Made by a program: the position numbers and the translations under genes. The notes under the pieces are model-generated. The model saw only the letters and a program-made list of their open reading frames with translations. It did no database searches and was not told the origin of the DNA. This document shows, piece after piece, positions 48,810 through 58,764 of a stretch of 64,000 nucleotides of DNA. This stretch comes from Candidatus Liptonbacteria bacterium (GTDB taxonomy: Bacteria > Patescibacteriota > Minisyncoccia > UBA6257 > 2-01-FULL-56-20): NCBI GenBank assembly GCA_016204385.1, contig JACQKW010000015.1:98155-162154 (forward strand). The letters run 5' to 3'. Numbering within the stretch: position 1 is the stretch's first letter; the number at the start of each line of letters is the position of its first letter.

Positions 48810-49799
48810 ATGGCTAAACCCTCTTTGGTTTCCGGAATTCAGCCAAGTGGCCGCTTGCATCTCGGCAACTATTTGGGCGCCTTGAAAAATTTCGTCGAGC
48901 TTCAAAACTCGGACAAGTACCAGTGTTATTTTTTTATTGCCGATCTCCACTCGCTCACCGAACCGTTCGATCCAAAAGAGAAATCGAAGCAGATTTTAGA
49001 ACTCGCGGCTGATTACCTCGCCGCGGGCTTAGATCAAAAAAAATCGACTATTTTTTTGCAGTCAGCAATTCCCTCGCACAGCGAGCTCGCCCGAATTCTG
49101 GAAAATCTCGCTCCTATGGGAGAACTGAATAGAATGACACAATTTAAGGAAAAGAGTAAAACACAACCGGGGAACGTAAATGCCGGGCTTTTCACCTACC
49201 CCACGCTCATGGCGGCGGACGTGCTTCTTTATAACGCAGAATTCGTACCTGTGGGCGATGACCAAGATCAACACCTTGAGCTCACGCGCACGCTCGCACG
49301 AAAGTTCAATGCGAAATTCGGCAAAACTTTCATCGAACCGCAACCACTCCATACCTCCGCCCCACGCGTGATGAGCTTAGGGAATCCCGAGAAGAAAATG
49401 TCGAAGTCGCAACCCGCGACTTGCCTCTTCCTCGACGATTCGCCGGAAGAGATAAAAGCGAAGGTAATGCGCGCAGTCACCGACTCGGGCTCGGAGGTTA
49501 CATACGACGAAAAAAGGAAACCAGCAGTAAGCAACCTGCTTATGATGTATGCGTCGCTTACCGGAGAACCTACTGTGAAAATCGAGAAAAAATTTGCCGA
49601 TAAAAACTATTCGCAATTCAAAACCTCGCTCGCCGAAACAATCGCCAATCACTTCGCTGATTACCGGAAGAAGAAACGAGAACTAACGACGAAGTCCTAC
49701 GTCCTAAAGACTATCCTGAAGTCCGGCTCCAAAAAAGCCGCAAAAATCGCGAATAAGAAAATTACCGAAGTGAAAGAAAAAATCGGCATCGCTATCTGA
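48810..49799 (+). CDS. trpS: Tryptophan--tRNA ligase
   Basis: SGIQPSGRLHLGNYLGA (HIGH-type), KMSKS and the GxDQ motif (VPVGDDQDQH). Confidence 0.9.
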   Translation: MAKPSLVSGIQPSGRLHLGNYLGALKNFVELQNSDKYQCYFFIADLHSLTEPFDPKEKSKQILELAADYLAAGLDQKKSTIFLQSAIPSHSELARILENLAPMGELNRMTQFKEKSKTQPGNVNAGLFTYPTLMAADVLLYNAEFVPVGDDQDQHLELTRTLARKFNAKFGKTFIEPQPLHTSAPRVMSLGNPEKKMSKSQPATCLFLDDSPEEIKAKVMRAVTDSGSEVTYDEKRKPAVSNLLMMYASLTGEPTVKIEKKFADKNYSQFKTSLAETIANHFADYRKKKRELTTKSYVLKTILKSGSKKAAKIANKKITEVKEKIGIAI

Positions 49800-49884
49800 C
49801 GGGCTTGCACAAGCTGGATTTTCGTGATTTACTTCCGGTCAGCAGAAACCGGATTCTTTAAAACTTCAGCAAGGAGGGTGCGCG

Positions 49885-50445
49885 ATGCTTGTGGTTCGGC
49901 GCGAAGACGAAGTGAAAGCTTTTCCTCACGCAGCGGGGTTTGTTACGGCGCTCACGGGCGAGAAAGACTTTGCCGGAGCGAATCTCGCGATCGTCCGGCT
50001 CTTTGGGCCCGATCTGCCGCACTATCACGAAGCGAGAACCGAATTCTACTACATCGCGGAGGGTCTCGGGACGCTTGTCGTGGGCCGCGAAGTCATCTCG
50101 GTGAAGCCCCGCACGGCCGTCATCGTCCCGCCGCGGACCGCCCACCACCTCATTCCCCATTCCGCGGTCAAGCTCCATGTTTTCTCCGTCCCGGCATGGA
50201 GCGAACACGATGAACACTTCATTGATCCCGACCACCCCATGCACGGCTACTCGCTTTTTCGGGAGAAAGTCGAGCTGGTGAACGAGCTCGTGAGGCGCGC
50301 AGATCTCGAACTTCCGCCAGGAATATCGGGGGAACGACTTGAAGAGTTCACTGCCCTGCGGATGAAGCTCGTCTCGGACGAGGGATGGGATACTATGAAC
50401 GTCGCCGAACTTCGGGAACTGCTTGTCCGCAAGGAGAATGCGTAG
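49885..50445 (+). CDS. Cupin-domain protein
   Basis: The HxH...E...H-type pattern (LPHYHEARTEFYYIAEG...PRTAHH). 186 aa. Confidence 0.55.
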   Translation: MLVVRREDEVKAFPHAAGFVTALTGEKDFAGANLAIVRLFGPDLPHYHEARTEFYYIAEGLGTLVVGREVISVKPRTAVIVPPRTAHHLIPHSAVKLHVFSVPAWSEHDEHFIDPDHPMHGYSLFREKVELVNELVRRADLELPPGISGERLEEFTALRMKLVSDEGWDTMNVAELRELLVRKENA

Positions 50446-50456
50446 GGAGAACCTTT

Positions 50457-50486
50457 CGGCGCGCGAGCAATCGCGCGCTTTTTTTG
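50457..50486 (+). terminator. Rho-independent terminator after the cupin gene
   Basis: GGCGCGCGAGCAATCGCGCGC followed by TTTTTTT. Confidence 0.6.
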
Positions 50487-50487
50487 C

Positions 50488-50516
50488 TTGACAAAATAAA
50501 AAATTCAGTTTAAGAT
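50488..50516 (+). promoter_or_regulatory. Sigma70-like promoter (TTGACA, 17 nt spacer, TAAGAT) for the IMPase-family gene
   Basis: TTGACAaaataaaaaattcagttTAAGAT, followed by an about 70-nt leader with an AAAGGAG Shine-Dalgarno. Confidence 0.45.
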
Positions 50517-50588
50517 ATCGCAGCGTCTTTAAGCACCTTGAATCCTGAATAACGAACCCTTTCTCGTCTCGACCCAAAAGGAGCGGCT

Positions 50589-51383
50589 ATGTTTGTATAT
50601 TTGGAAGCATTCCGTAGAATCGAGTCGGAAGTGTGTAAGGCGCTTCTCGCAAAACAGCGCCAGTCGAAGAAAGTCGGGGTTTCCGTACGAGATTTCGTTA
50701 CGGACGCCGACCATCTCTCGGACGACCTGATCCGTACAGCGCTCGCAAGGGAGTTTCCCGAAATTCCCTACTACTCTGAAGAAATGCCGATCGAGAGTGT
50801 GCGCTTAGGGAAGTGTTTCGTGGTGGACCCGATTGACGGCACGACGAACTTCTACTACGGGGATGACGGGAACTACTGGGGCGTATCAATCGCGCTCATC
50901 GAGGACGATTATCCTCTGGAGGGCGTCGTGATCCGCCCGGGAACCCATGAGTGCTGGGATGCCGTCTCGTTTGAGAGAACTATATGTTATTCCATGTCTC
51001 GGCCGGTCACGATCGACCTAAACCGCATGGGCGTGAGCAGCGAGACGGATCTCCAACACTCCCGCGTCTGGATCGACCCCGCGAAAGGAGACCTCAAGCT
51101 CTTCCGCGCGATGCGCGAGAAGCTCGAGGAGTGCACCACGCTCCCGCAGACCCGCATCGTCTGCACCATCTCTATGATGCAGATCCCGATGGGACGGATC
51201 GACGGCTATGTCCACCCCGGCCCCATGCCGGAGGACATCGCCGCCGCGATGCTCGTCGTCGAGGCCGCGGGTGGCCGCGTCACGAATCTCAAGGGGAAGC
51301 GCTACCGCGTCTTCTCCCGCGAGCCGATGGTGGCCACGAACGGAAAGATCCACGAACCGCTTCTCGAGCTTCTCAACCAGTAA
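50589..51383 (+). CDS. Inositol monophosphatase family protein (SuhB/IMPase)
   Basis: The VVDPIDGTTNF motif plus the WGVSIAL and EAAGG motifs. 264 aa. Confidence 0.8.
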   Translation: MFVYLEAFRRIESEVCKALLAKQRQSKKVGVSVRDFVTDADHLSDDLIRTALAREFPEIPYYSEEMPIESVRLGKCFVVDPIDGTTNFYYGDDGNYWGVSIALIEDDYPLEGVVIRPGTHECWDAVSFERTICYSMSRPVTIDLNRMGVSSETDLQHSRVWIDPAKGDLKLFRAMREKLEECTTLPQTRIVCTISMMQIPMGRIDGYVHPGPMPEDIAAAMLVVEAAGGRVTNLKGKRYRVFSREPMVATNGKIHEPLLELLNQ

Positions 51384-51407
51384 CAATCCCGAAAAAGGAG
51401 GTGTGTC

Positions 51408-52145
51408 TTGAAAATCGAAGCGCATCCAGTCCTCGGATGGCCGATCGTAACGGCAGCGAACTGCTTCGACGTGATCCGCTCTTTGGGCATCAAGCCGTGG
51501 CAGCAGGTCCGGGAACCCGAACCTCTCGATTCCTTCCTCTCTCACGCGACCGAGCCGGAGAAGGACGAGTACCGACGGTTCGGCCCCAAGAACTTCGTCG
51601 TCCGCTACCGGAATCCCCACACGGGTGAACCGTTCAACGGCTTCCGGTCCGTCTTCAAGCCCGCGGCCGTGGTTTTCGCCCTCCTCGACGAGCACGTTCC
51701 CGTGACCGCGGAGTGGAAGCACGGGAATGATCGGATCACGATCGTCCCCGTGGCCGGCGTCCCGGGCAAGAAGGAAGCGGAACTTCCCACGCTCGCCGAT
51801 CGCATGCGAGCCACCGCCATCCGTGAGTGGAACGAAGAGACCGGCACCGAGCTCTCATCGGTGACACCGCTCTCTCCCCCGAGCGGCATCTACTCCGCGG
51901 TCCGGCCTGCGGAGATCCAGTACTTCCCGTTCGTGGGCAGGGTCAAGGAACCGGTCGTGAAAGGACCGACTAAGTTCGACGCGAACGAGCACCTGAAGAT
52001 GGTTCTCTTCTCGCTCAATGAGTGGCTCGCGCTCATCGAAACCAACGAACTCTGGGATCAGCGTCCCGAGTTCGGGCTCGAAATGTGTGCGCGCGACGTG
52101 ACCTACGCCGCGCTCCGCGAGCTCGAGCGACTCAAGTTCGTCTAG
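51408..52145 (+). CDS. Nudix-like hydrolase (divergent Nudix box)
   Basis: GVPGKKE...REWNEETGTEL matches REUxEExGU but with an extended loop before RE. Confidence 0.4.
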   Translation: MKIEAHPVLGWPIVTAANCFDVIRSLGIKPWQQVREPEPLDSFLSHATEPEKDEYRRFGPKNFVVRYRNPHTGEPFNGFRSVFKPAAVVFALLDEHVPVTAEWKHGNDRITIVPVAGVPGKKEAELPTLADRMRATAIREWNEETGTELSSVTPLSPPSGIYSAVRPAEIQYFPFVGRVKEPVVKGPTKFDANEHLKMVLFSLNEWLALIETNELWDQRPEFGLEMCARDVTYAALRELERLKFV

Positions 52146-52158
52146 ACAGTACACCACA

Positions 52159-52190
52159 GGGGGCATCCGGATTCCGGATGCCCCATTTTT
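52159..52190. terminator. Bidirectional intrinsic terminator between the convergent Nudix-like gene and ileS
   Basis: GGGGGCATCCGGATTCCGGATGCCCC with T-runs on both flanks. Confidence 0.6.
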
Positions 52191-55100
52191 TATATTTTCT
52201 TCACCGCAACCCAGATCGGCACACCATCGAGTTTTGAATCAAGCTCCGCATCGAACTTATCGGTTTTTTTATAGTAGATTGTCCGCGCGCCCACTTCGTG
52301 AAGAAACGCTTGTTCGGCGCCCTGAAGAATTGATTGGACGTGGCTGGGCAGCGCGAAATAAATCTCTATTTTATCCCTTGGTTTAAGTCCCGCATCCTGC
52401 CGTAAGTCCTGCACCATGCGCACCATTTCCCGCACCATGCCTTCCCTTTTAAGCTCCAGCGTGATTGCGGTATCAAGCGCAACATCTTCTTTCGTGTTGC
52501 GATCAAATTTGATCTCTTTTACATTCACTTCATCCGCTAAAATTTCGAGTAGTTCCTTACGATTTGCCATTTGCCTGCCCGCTTCGCGTTGCGACCTGCC
52601 CGACTTGCCTTCGGCAACTCGAAGGCTGGCGGGAGCAAGGCGGGCGGGCCATTTGCTATTTGCCGCGACGCGAAGCGCCGCAAGCGGTTGCCTCACTTTT
52701 ATGCCTGCCTCGGCGCGTTTGGCGAGCGCCACGCTTGCGATGCGCCGCACCTCTTCCATCGCGGCGATAAGCGCTTTGCCATTTGCCCTTTGCCCTTTGC
52801 GAAGTATTGGCCAGTCCGCAAGGTGCGGAGAGAGCGCAGTTTTCACATTCCCCTTGAGTTCACCGTAAAGGAATTCCGCAAAAAAGGGCGTGAAAGGCGA
52901 AATGAGAAGCGTGAGCTCATGCAAGACATGGCCAAGCGTAACCGAGGCATCGTTAAAATCTTTTCCTTTATCCATATTCTTCCCGGCTCCCTGTCGTTCC
53001 GGCTGGAATCTTCGGCGCGAACGGCGGATATACCAGCGCGAGAGGTCATCAACAAGCGCCTCGAGCGCAAGCGCCGCGCCCCGAACGTCGTAGGATTCGA
53101 GCGAATCGGTCGTCTTTTTCTTGGTTTCTTCAAGCCGCGCAAGGATCCATTTGTCTAAGATATTGTTGGATGTTGGATGTTGGATGTTGGATGTTTTTGA
53201 TCTGACATCTAACTTCTCACGTCCTACATCGAACGCCTTACCATACGTCTTGTAAAACACGAGCGAGTTATAGAGAAGAAGATGAAATCGCCGATATGCC
53301 TTAAGGACATCGGCTTCTTCGAAATTCATCGGCTCGCCGGCGGGTTTTACGGTATAGAAATACCAGCGCACGGCGTCAACGCCGTATTTTTCCATCATGC
53401 GCCACGGGTCAACCACGTTCCCCTTCGACTTCGACATTTTCTTTCCGTGCATGTCGTGGAGAAGCCCGAGCGATATGACGTTCTTATACGGGCGCTCGCG
53501 GCCAAGTGCGGTTGCGACCGCAAGGAGCGTATAGAACCACCCCCTCGTCTGGTCCATCGCCTCAGTGATGTAGTCGGCCGGATACTCATTCGGTAGGGTT
53601 GGGCGTTGGATGTGAGAAGTTGGATGTTGCGCGAAGGGCCAGTGCGCTTGCGCAAACGGCATCGCGCCGGAATCGAACCACGCGTCGGCGAGTTCCGTGA
53701 CGCGGCGCATCTCGCCGCGGCATTTACCGCACGGAAACCCGCACTCGTCTATAAACGGGCGGTGCAGGTCTACGAGACCGGATTCATTTCTCGGCAATAC
53801 CTTCAGTTCCAACTTTCGCGCCTCGCCCACGCGCACAAAATCCTTGCCGGGCTCTCCGGCGTTCCCCTTCCTCAAAATCGTTTCTCGCTCGTCCCACCCT
53901 TCTCCCGCGTGGAAAAGCATCCAGATGGGATATTCGTGGCTCACGAGCAGGATGCGTTTCCCCTTGTGTGTCCGCTCGAGTTCAGAAAGCAGTTTCCACG
54001 CCCTCGCCCGGAGGTCACGGAGCGACTCGCCCCCCTCGGGACGCTTCTCAAAACGCATTTCGAGCGTCGGGTAGAGCGCGCCGTACTCCTCGCTGCGGCA
54101 ACCCGAAAGTTTGCCAAGGTGTATTTCATGCAAGCGCGGATCGAAAATAACTTTTTTGATTCCGAGCACGCCTGCCGCAATCTCCGCGGTCTCTTTCGTC
54201 CGGAGTATGTCCGATGAGATAAGCACTTCGATGCCCGCTTTTTTGAGTCGCTCGGCAGTTTGTTTCACTTGGTCGCGCCCGATGGTGGTGAGATGATACT
54301 GTTTCTGTCCGGAATCAATGAGTTTAAGGAGTTGGATCTCTGATTCGCCGTGCCGGAGAACCCAATACTCGTTTTTTGCTTTCCCGGCGCGCGTTCTCAA
54401 CTCCTCGACGCCGCCGATCACCTCGGTCGCCGCGCATGTGCCGCACCTCCATATGGGGAGCGGCGTGCCCCAATACCGCTCGCGCGAAAAATTCCAGTCC
54501 TTCACGTCGCGGAGCCACTCGCCGAAGCGCCCCTCTCTAAGATGCAGCGGCACCCAATTGATTTTTTTGTTTTCCTTGAGCAATTTCCCTCGGAGCTTGC
54601 TCATCGCGACGAACCACGATTTCCGCGCATAGTAGATGAGCGGCGTCCCGCACCGCCAGCAAAATGGGTACTCGTGTGTATACGGTTGGGTAGCAAAAAG
54701 CAAATCGCGCTTTTTGAGATATGAAAAAATTTTTTCTTCGGTTTTTTTATCCTTCACCGCAAGTCCGGAAAGCCCCAGAACATCCTTTGTGAACTTTCCT
54801 TCTTCGCTTACGGTATGGCGCTGCGGCAGATCGTTGTTAACGCCTAGTTGATAGTCATCTTCGCCGTACATTACCGCAGTGTGCACCACCCCCGTGCCTT
54901 CGTCGGTCGTCACGAAATCCGCGGCATAGATTTTGTGAGAGTTCTTATTGCGCAATGATTTCACATCAAAAAGCGGCTCGTAGGAAAGCCCAGCAAGGTC
55001 ACTGCCCTTGAAATCCTTGATGTTAGTGAACTTCCCAATAACCTTTCCAGCCATCACAATATCTGCCACGCTTTGATTTCCTTGCGGATGACGCGCTTCA

Positions 55101-56047
55101 ACGCCAAGGATTCTTTTGTCGGCGTCATCGGTTGCCGCAAAGATATACGTTTCTCCTTCCTTTAAGGGAAGGTTTGGGACGTCAATACTTTGAACCGTAA
55201 CGCTCATATATCGAATATTCCTCCCCACCGCGAGTGCAACATTCCCGGGCAGCGTCCATGGTGTGGTCGTCCAAGACAAGACATATGTATTCGGCGCGAT
55301 TCGCGCTTTGCGATTCGCGCTTTGCGATCTAAGCTTGAATTTCACATAGACCGACTGATCCGTTGCCTCCTCGTACCCTTGCGCCAGTTCGTGCGAGGAG
55401 AGCGCCGTGCCGCATCGGGTGCACCACGGCACCACTTTGTGCCCCTCATAGAGAAGTTTCTTCTTCCAAAACTCTTTGATGGTCCACCAGAGCGTTTCAA
55501 TATAGCTTGTCTCGTATGTCACATATGGATTCTTAAGGTCGAGCCAAAATCCCATCCGCTCGGTGAGCTTTTCCCACTCGTCTTTGTACTTCCAAACGGA
55601 TTCGCGGCATTTTTGGTTGAACTCCGCGATGCCATATTTTTCAATATCCTTCTTTGATGTGAGCCCCAGCGCCTTCTCCACCTCAATCTCCACCGGCAGG
55701 CCGTGCGTGTCCCAACCGCCCCTCCGCGGCACGAAAAAACCGCGCATGGTCTTGTAGCGAAGGATGATGTCCTTGAAGGAACGCGCGAGGACGTGATGGA
55801 TGCCGGGCCGCCCGTTCGCAGTCGGCGGCCCTTCAAAAAACACAAAGTGTTTTTTGCCCTGAGCCTGTCGAAGGGCGATCGTTTTTTCGAAAATCCGGTG
55901 CGTTTTCCAGAACTTCAAAATCTGTTCTTCTTCCTTAGGCAGGTGGAACGCTCCCGGAGAAGAAAACGCCGGGGCGTCTCCCGTAGGGATACCGTTATCT
56001 CTCATTTTAAAATTCCGCATGCGTGTGGTATCATACAACAGTTCCAA
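52190..56047 (-). CDS. ileS: Isoleucine--tRNA ligase (type 2-like) carrying an about 210-aa histidine-phosphatase (PGAM/RHG) insertion
   Basis: The HIGH-region analogue (GRPGIHHVLARS), the WNFSRERYWGTPLP editing/zinc region, KMSKS, and YPADYITEAMDQTRGWF. The insertion spans residues about 558-765 (nt about 53750..54380) and starts VLRHGESE with downstream SSDILRTKETA and LLVSHE motifs. The true start may be the internal Met (MRDNG or MRNFK). Confidence 0.9.
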   Translation of the reverse strand: MELLYDTTRMRNFKMRDNGIPTGDAPAFSSPGAFHLPKEEEQILKFWKTHRIFEKTIALRQAQGKKHFVFFEGPPTANGRPGIHHVLARSFKDIILRYKTMRGFFVPRRGGWDTHGLPVEIEVEKALGLTSKKDIEKYGIAEFNQKCRESVWKYKDEWEKLTERMGFWLDLKNPYVTYETSYIETLWWTIKEFWKKKLLYEGHKVVPWCTRCGTALSSHELAQGYEEATDQSVYVKFKLRSQSANRKARIAPNTYVLSWTTTPWTLPGNVALAVGRNIRYMSVTVQSIDVPNLPLKEGETYIFAATDDADKRILGVEARHPQGNQSVADIVMAGKVIGKFTNIKDFKGSDLAGLSYEPLFDVKSLRNKNSHKIYAADFVTTDEGTGVVHTAVMYGEDDYQLGVNNDLPQRHTVSEEGKFTKDVLGLSGLAVKDKKTEEKIFSYLKKRDLLFATQPYTHEYPFCWRCGTPLIYYARKSWFVAMSKLRGKLLKENKKINWVPLHLREGRFGEWLRDVKDWNFSRERYWGTPLPIWRCGTCAATEVIGGVEELRTRAGKAKNEYWVLRHGESEIQLLKLIDSGQKQYHLTTIGRDQVKQTAERLKKAGIEVLISSDILRTKETAEIAAGVLGIKKVIFDPRLHEIHLGKLSGCRSEEYGALYPTLEMRFEKRPEGGESLRDLRARAWKLLSELERTHKGKRILLVSHEYPIWMLFHAGEGWDERETILRKGNAGEPGKDFVRVGEARKLELKVLPRNESGLVDLHRPFIDECGFPCGKCRGEMRRVTELADAWFDSGAMPFAQAHWPFAQHPTSHIQRPTLPNEYPADYITEAMDQTRGWFYTLLAVATALGRERPYKNVISLGLLHDMHGKKMSKSKGNVVDPWRMMEKYGVDAVRWYFYTVKPAGEPMNFEEADVLKAYRRFHLLLYNSLVFYKTYGKAFDVGREKLDVRSKTSNIQHPTSNNILDKWILARLEETKKKTTDSLESYDVRGAALALEALVDDLSRWYIRRSRRRFQPERQGAGKNMDKGKDFNDASVTLGHVLHELTLLISPFTPFFAEFLYGELKGNVKTALSPHLADWPILRKGQRANGKALIAAMEEVRRIASVALAKRAEAGIKVRQPLAALRVAANSKWPARLAPASLRVAEGKSGRSQREAGRQMANRKELLEILADEVNVKEIKFDRNTKEDVALDTAITLELKREGMVREMVRMVQDLRQDAGLKPRDKIEIYFALPSHVQSILQGAEQAFLHEVGARTIYYKKTDKFDAELDSKLDGVPIWVAVKKI
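53165..53192. repeat. Tandem heptamer (GTTGGAT)x4 inside ileS coding sequence, encoding ...TSNIQHPTSNN
   Basis: Seen directly. The related GTTGGATGT also occurs twice at 53617-53640, encoding QHPTSHIQ. Confidence 0.7.
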
Positions 56048-56353
56048 AACGGTGAACCGATTGGTTGTGGGACTACTCCCGTTCTACCTGCATGCGTAGT
56101 CCCACGGTTGCGGGAAATCGTTCCCGCGGCCCACCGTTCTTTTTTTTCTTTCAATATGTCCATCATAGAAAATATTCCGCCTTTTGACAAAAACCGCATC
56201 CGCGATACCCTATAAGCGGCGGTCCTTGTGGGGAATGCGGGAATGGCGACGGCGCTCTTCTGTCCCGACCGACGATCGAGGACGTGGGGAAACCGGCATT
56301 TCCGCATCTGTTGGGGCGTTCCCGACAGCCGCCGCTTTTTTATTTTTTATGCA

Positions 56354-58048
56354 TTACATCCGCTCGGGCGCTTTGATTCCCAATAATCCCAGTCCTTTTG
56401 ATAATACCTCCGCCGCGGCACGCAAGAGCGAAAGCCGCGCATTTTTCCTCGGCACATTTTCGTCTTTGAGTATCGGCGTGGATTCGTAATAACCGTTTAC
56501 GAGGTTCGCAAGCTTAAACAGATATTCCGCGAGACCGTTCGTCGCATACGTTTCCACCGCGCGTTCAAGCGCATACGGCAGCTCAAAAAGATGGCGGATG
56601 AGCGAAAGTTCTTCGTCAGTTTCGAGCGTCGAGAAATCTGGAGCGCCAATCTTTCCCGCTTTTCGCCCGATGCTTCGTATGCGCGCATGCGAGTATTGCA
56701 GATACGGCGCACTATTTCCCCTCACCGAGAGCATTTTTCCCCAGTCGAACACAATGTCCGTGCTCCTGTGTTCCTTAAGGTCGTTGTATTTGAGCGCCCC
56801 GATTCCCGTCATTTCCGCAATTTCCGCTTTTTCTTTCTCCGGAAGTTCCGGATTTTTCTCTTCGACAATCTTCCGCGCGAGCGACACCGCCTTATTGACA
56901 AGCTCATCGAGCGGAATGGTCTTCCCCTCGCGGGTCGAAAGCTTCTTCTTATCCTCCCCGAGCACAAGCCCGAACTTTACATGCGCGATTTTCTCCGCAT
57001 CCCATCCAAGGAGCTTCGCCGCCGCGGCAAGCTGCGAGAAGTGGAGTGCCTGCTGGTTCGCCACCACGTAGAGAATTTTCTCGGGCGCATATTTCTCAAG
57101 GCGCAACTTCAAAACCGCAAGCTCTCTCGTGAAATACACGCTTGCCTCGTCTGATTTCCTTATGAGTGCGGGCGGGAGGTGAAACTCATCAAGCGGAATA
57201 ATCACTGCTCCCTCGCTTTCTTTTGCAATCCCTTTCTTGAGCAACTCGGCGACGATCGCAGGGAGGTCTTTTTCGTAATCGCTCTCGCCGCTCACCACAT
57301 CGAACGTTACGCCTAACTTTTCATACGTTTCCCCGAATTCGCGAACCGATTCCCGTCGGAACCATTCCCATAATTTCCGATTTTCGGCGTCGCCATGTTC
57401 AAGCTTTCTGAATTCCTCCTGGCCGCGGCGCAGAAGCGCGGGGTCTTTTTCCTCCTCGCCGTGAAAACGCACATAGAGCAGAACGAGCGCGTCAATCGGC
57501 GCTTCTTTCACTTCCTTTTCTTTCCCCCACATTTTGTACGCCGCGATGAGCTTGCCGAACTGCGTGCCCCAATCGCCAAGGTAGTTCCAGCGGATCACGG
57601 TATATCCCAAAAATTCATGGATATTCGCGAGCGCGTCGCCGATGATCGTCGAGCGCAAATGCCCCACGTGCATCGGCTTTGCGATGTTCGGGGAAGAATA
57701 TTCGACGATCACTTTCTTTCCCCGCCCGACATCCTTCGCGCCAAATTTTTTATCGGTACGGAAATCACGAAACGCGTCGCGCTGCGCCTGCGCGGATACC
57801 CAGAAATTTATGAACCCGGGCGGGGCAACCTCGATCTTTTCGAAAAAATCCCGTGGGACGCGCGATTTGATCGCGTGCATAAGCTCCTCCGCAAGCGCAA
57901 CCGGCTCTTTTCCCTCGCGCTTCGCGCGAACCATCGCGAGGTTCGTTGAATAATGACCCTGCGCTTCTTGCTCAGGAATAGTAACGCTAACCGAGATATC
58001 CCCAGGTGAGACCTGTTCGAGCAGCTGTGTAATGATTTTTTTAAGCAT
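56354..58048 (-). CDS. argS: Arginine--tRNA ligase
   Basis: SPNIAKPMHVGHLRSTIIGDA (HIGH-type) and the C-terminal DALR anticodon-binding region. 564 aa. Confidence 0.9.
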   Translation of the reverse strand: MLKKIITQLLEQVSPGDISVSVTIPEQEAQGHYSTNLAMVRAKREGKEPVALAEELMHAIKSRVPRDFFEKIEVAPPGFINFWVSAQAQRDAFRDFRTDKKFGAKDVGRGKKVIVEYSSPNIAKPMHVGHLRSTIIGDALANIHEFLGYTVIRWNYLGDWGTQFGKLIAAYKMWGKEKEVKEAPIDALVLLYVRFHGEEEKDPALLRRGQEEFRKLEHGDAENRKLWEWFRRESVREFGETYEKLGVTFDVVSGESDYEKDLPAIVAELLKKGIAKESEGAVIIPLDEFHLPPALIRKSDEASVYFTRELAVLKLRLEKYAPEKILYVVANQQALHFSQLAAAAKLLGWDAEKIAHVKFGLVLGEDKKKLSTREGKTIPLDELVNKAVSLARKIVEEKNPELPEKEKAEIAEMTGIGALKYNDLKEHRSTDIVFDWGKMLSVRGNSAPYLQYSHARIRSIGRKAGKIGAPDFSTLETDEELSLIRHLFELPYALERAVETYATNGLAEYLFKLANLVNGYYESTPILKDENVPRKNARLSLLRAAAEVLSKGLGLLGIKAPERM

Positions 58049-58323
58049 ATGAGGATTGACGCATCGCTTCTCCTGCGGGTACGCTTAAATGAGAACGATT
58101 TGAGCGACGGCGCTTGAGGATCCCGCCATACGCCTGGGCGAAAGAACGTAGCGGCGAAACCGAGAGTTCGAGCGAAACCCCGCACATTGCGTTTCCTTCT
58201 CTCTCCTGCTCCCCTAGTCCTTCCACCTCATCAAATCCTCGCCCGTCGCTCTTTTTATCTCTTTCATTATCCATGATGCGCTCCCAAGGCGCAATTTTTT
58301 TGACCTTGCGCTAATATGAAAGA

Positions 58324-58764
58324 ATGAAGGTGCTCTCGGAGAACCGCCGCGCGAAATTCGACTATGAAACGCTCGATACCTACGAAGCAGGCATCGAGCT
58401 TTTGGGAACCGAAGTAAAAAGCGCAAAACTTGGGCGGATAAATTTATCGGGCGGACATGCCATTGTGCGCAAAGATGGGGTGTGGCTCGTGGGGATAGAA
58501 ATTCCCGCCTATCAGCCGAAGAACGCGCCCCAGGATTTCGACGCAAAACGCACGCGCCGGCTCCTGCTCCATGCATCTGAAATAAAAAATCTTATCGGCA
58601 AGCTTCACGAAAAGGGGCTCTCGCTTATTCCCCTTCGCGCATATCTCAAAAACAGTTTGGTCAAGATCGAACTTGGTCTCGCGAGGAGCCGAAAGAAGCA
58701 CGACAAGCGCGAACTCCTCGCGCGCCGCGCCCACGAACGCGAAATAAGGGAACGGGAACGCTAA
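58324..58764 (+). CDS. smpB: SsrA-binding protein SmpB
   Basis: FDYETLDTYEAGIELLGTEVKS...NLIGKLHEKGLSLIPL and a basic C-terminal tail. 146 aa. Confidence 0.9.
   Translation: MKVLSENRRAKFDYETLDTYEAGIELLGTEVKSAKLGRINLSGGHAIVRKDGVWLVGIEIPAYQPKNAPQDFDAKRTRRLLLHASEIKNLIGKLHEKGLSLIPLRAYLKNSLVKIELGLARSRKKHDKRELLARRAHEREIRERER

Noticed and set aside
53165-53192. CRISPR-like or microsatellite array
   Set aside because: The repeats are 7-nt, contiguous, spacerless and inside the ileS reading frame, so this is not a CRISPR array. No repeat-spacer arrays were seen anywhere in the window.
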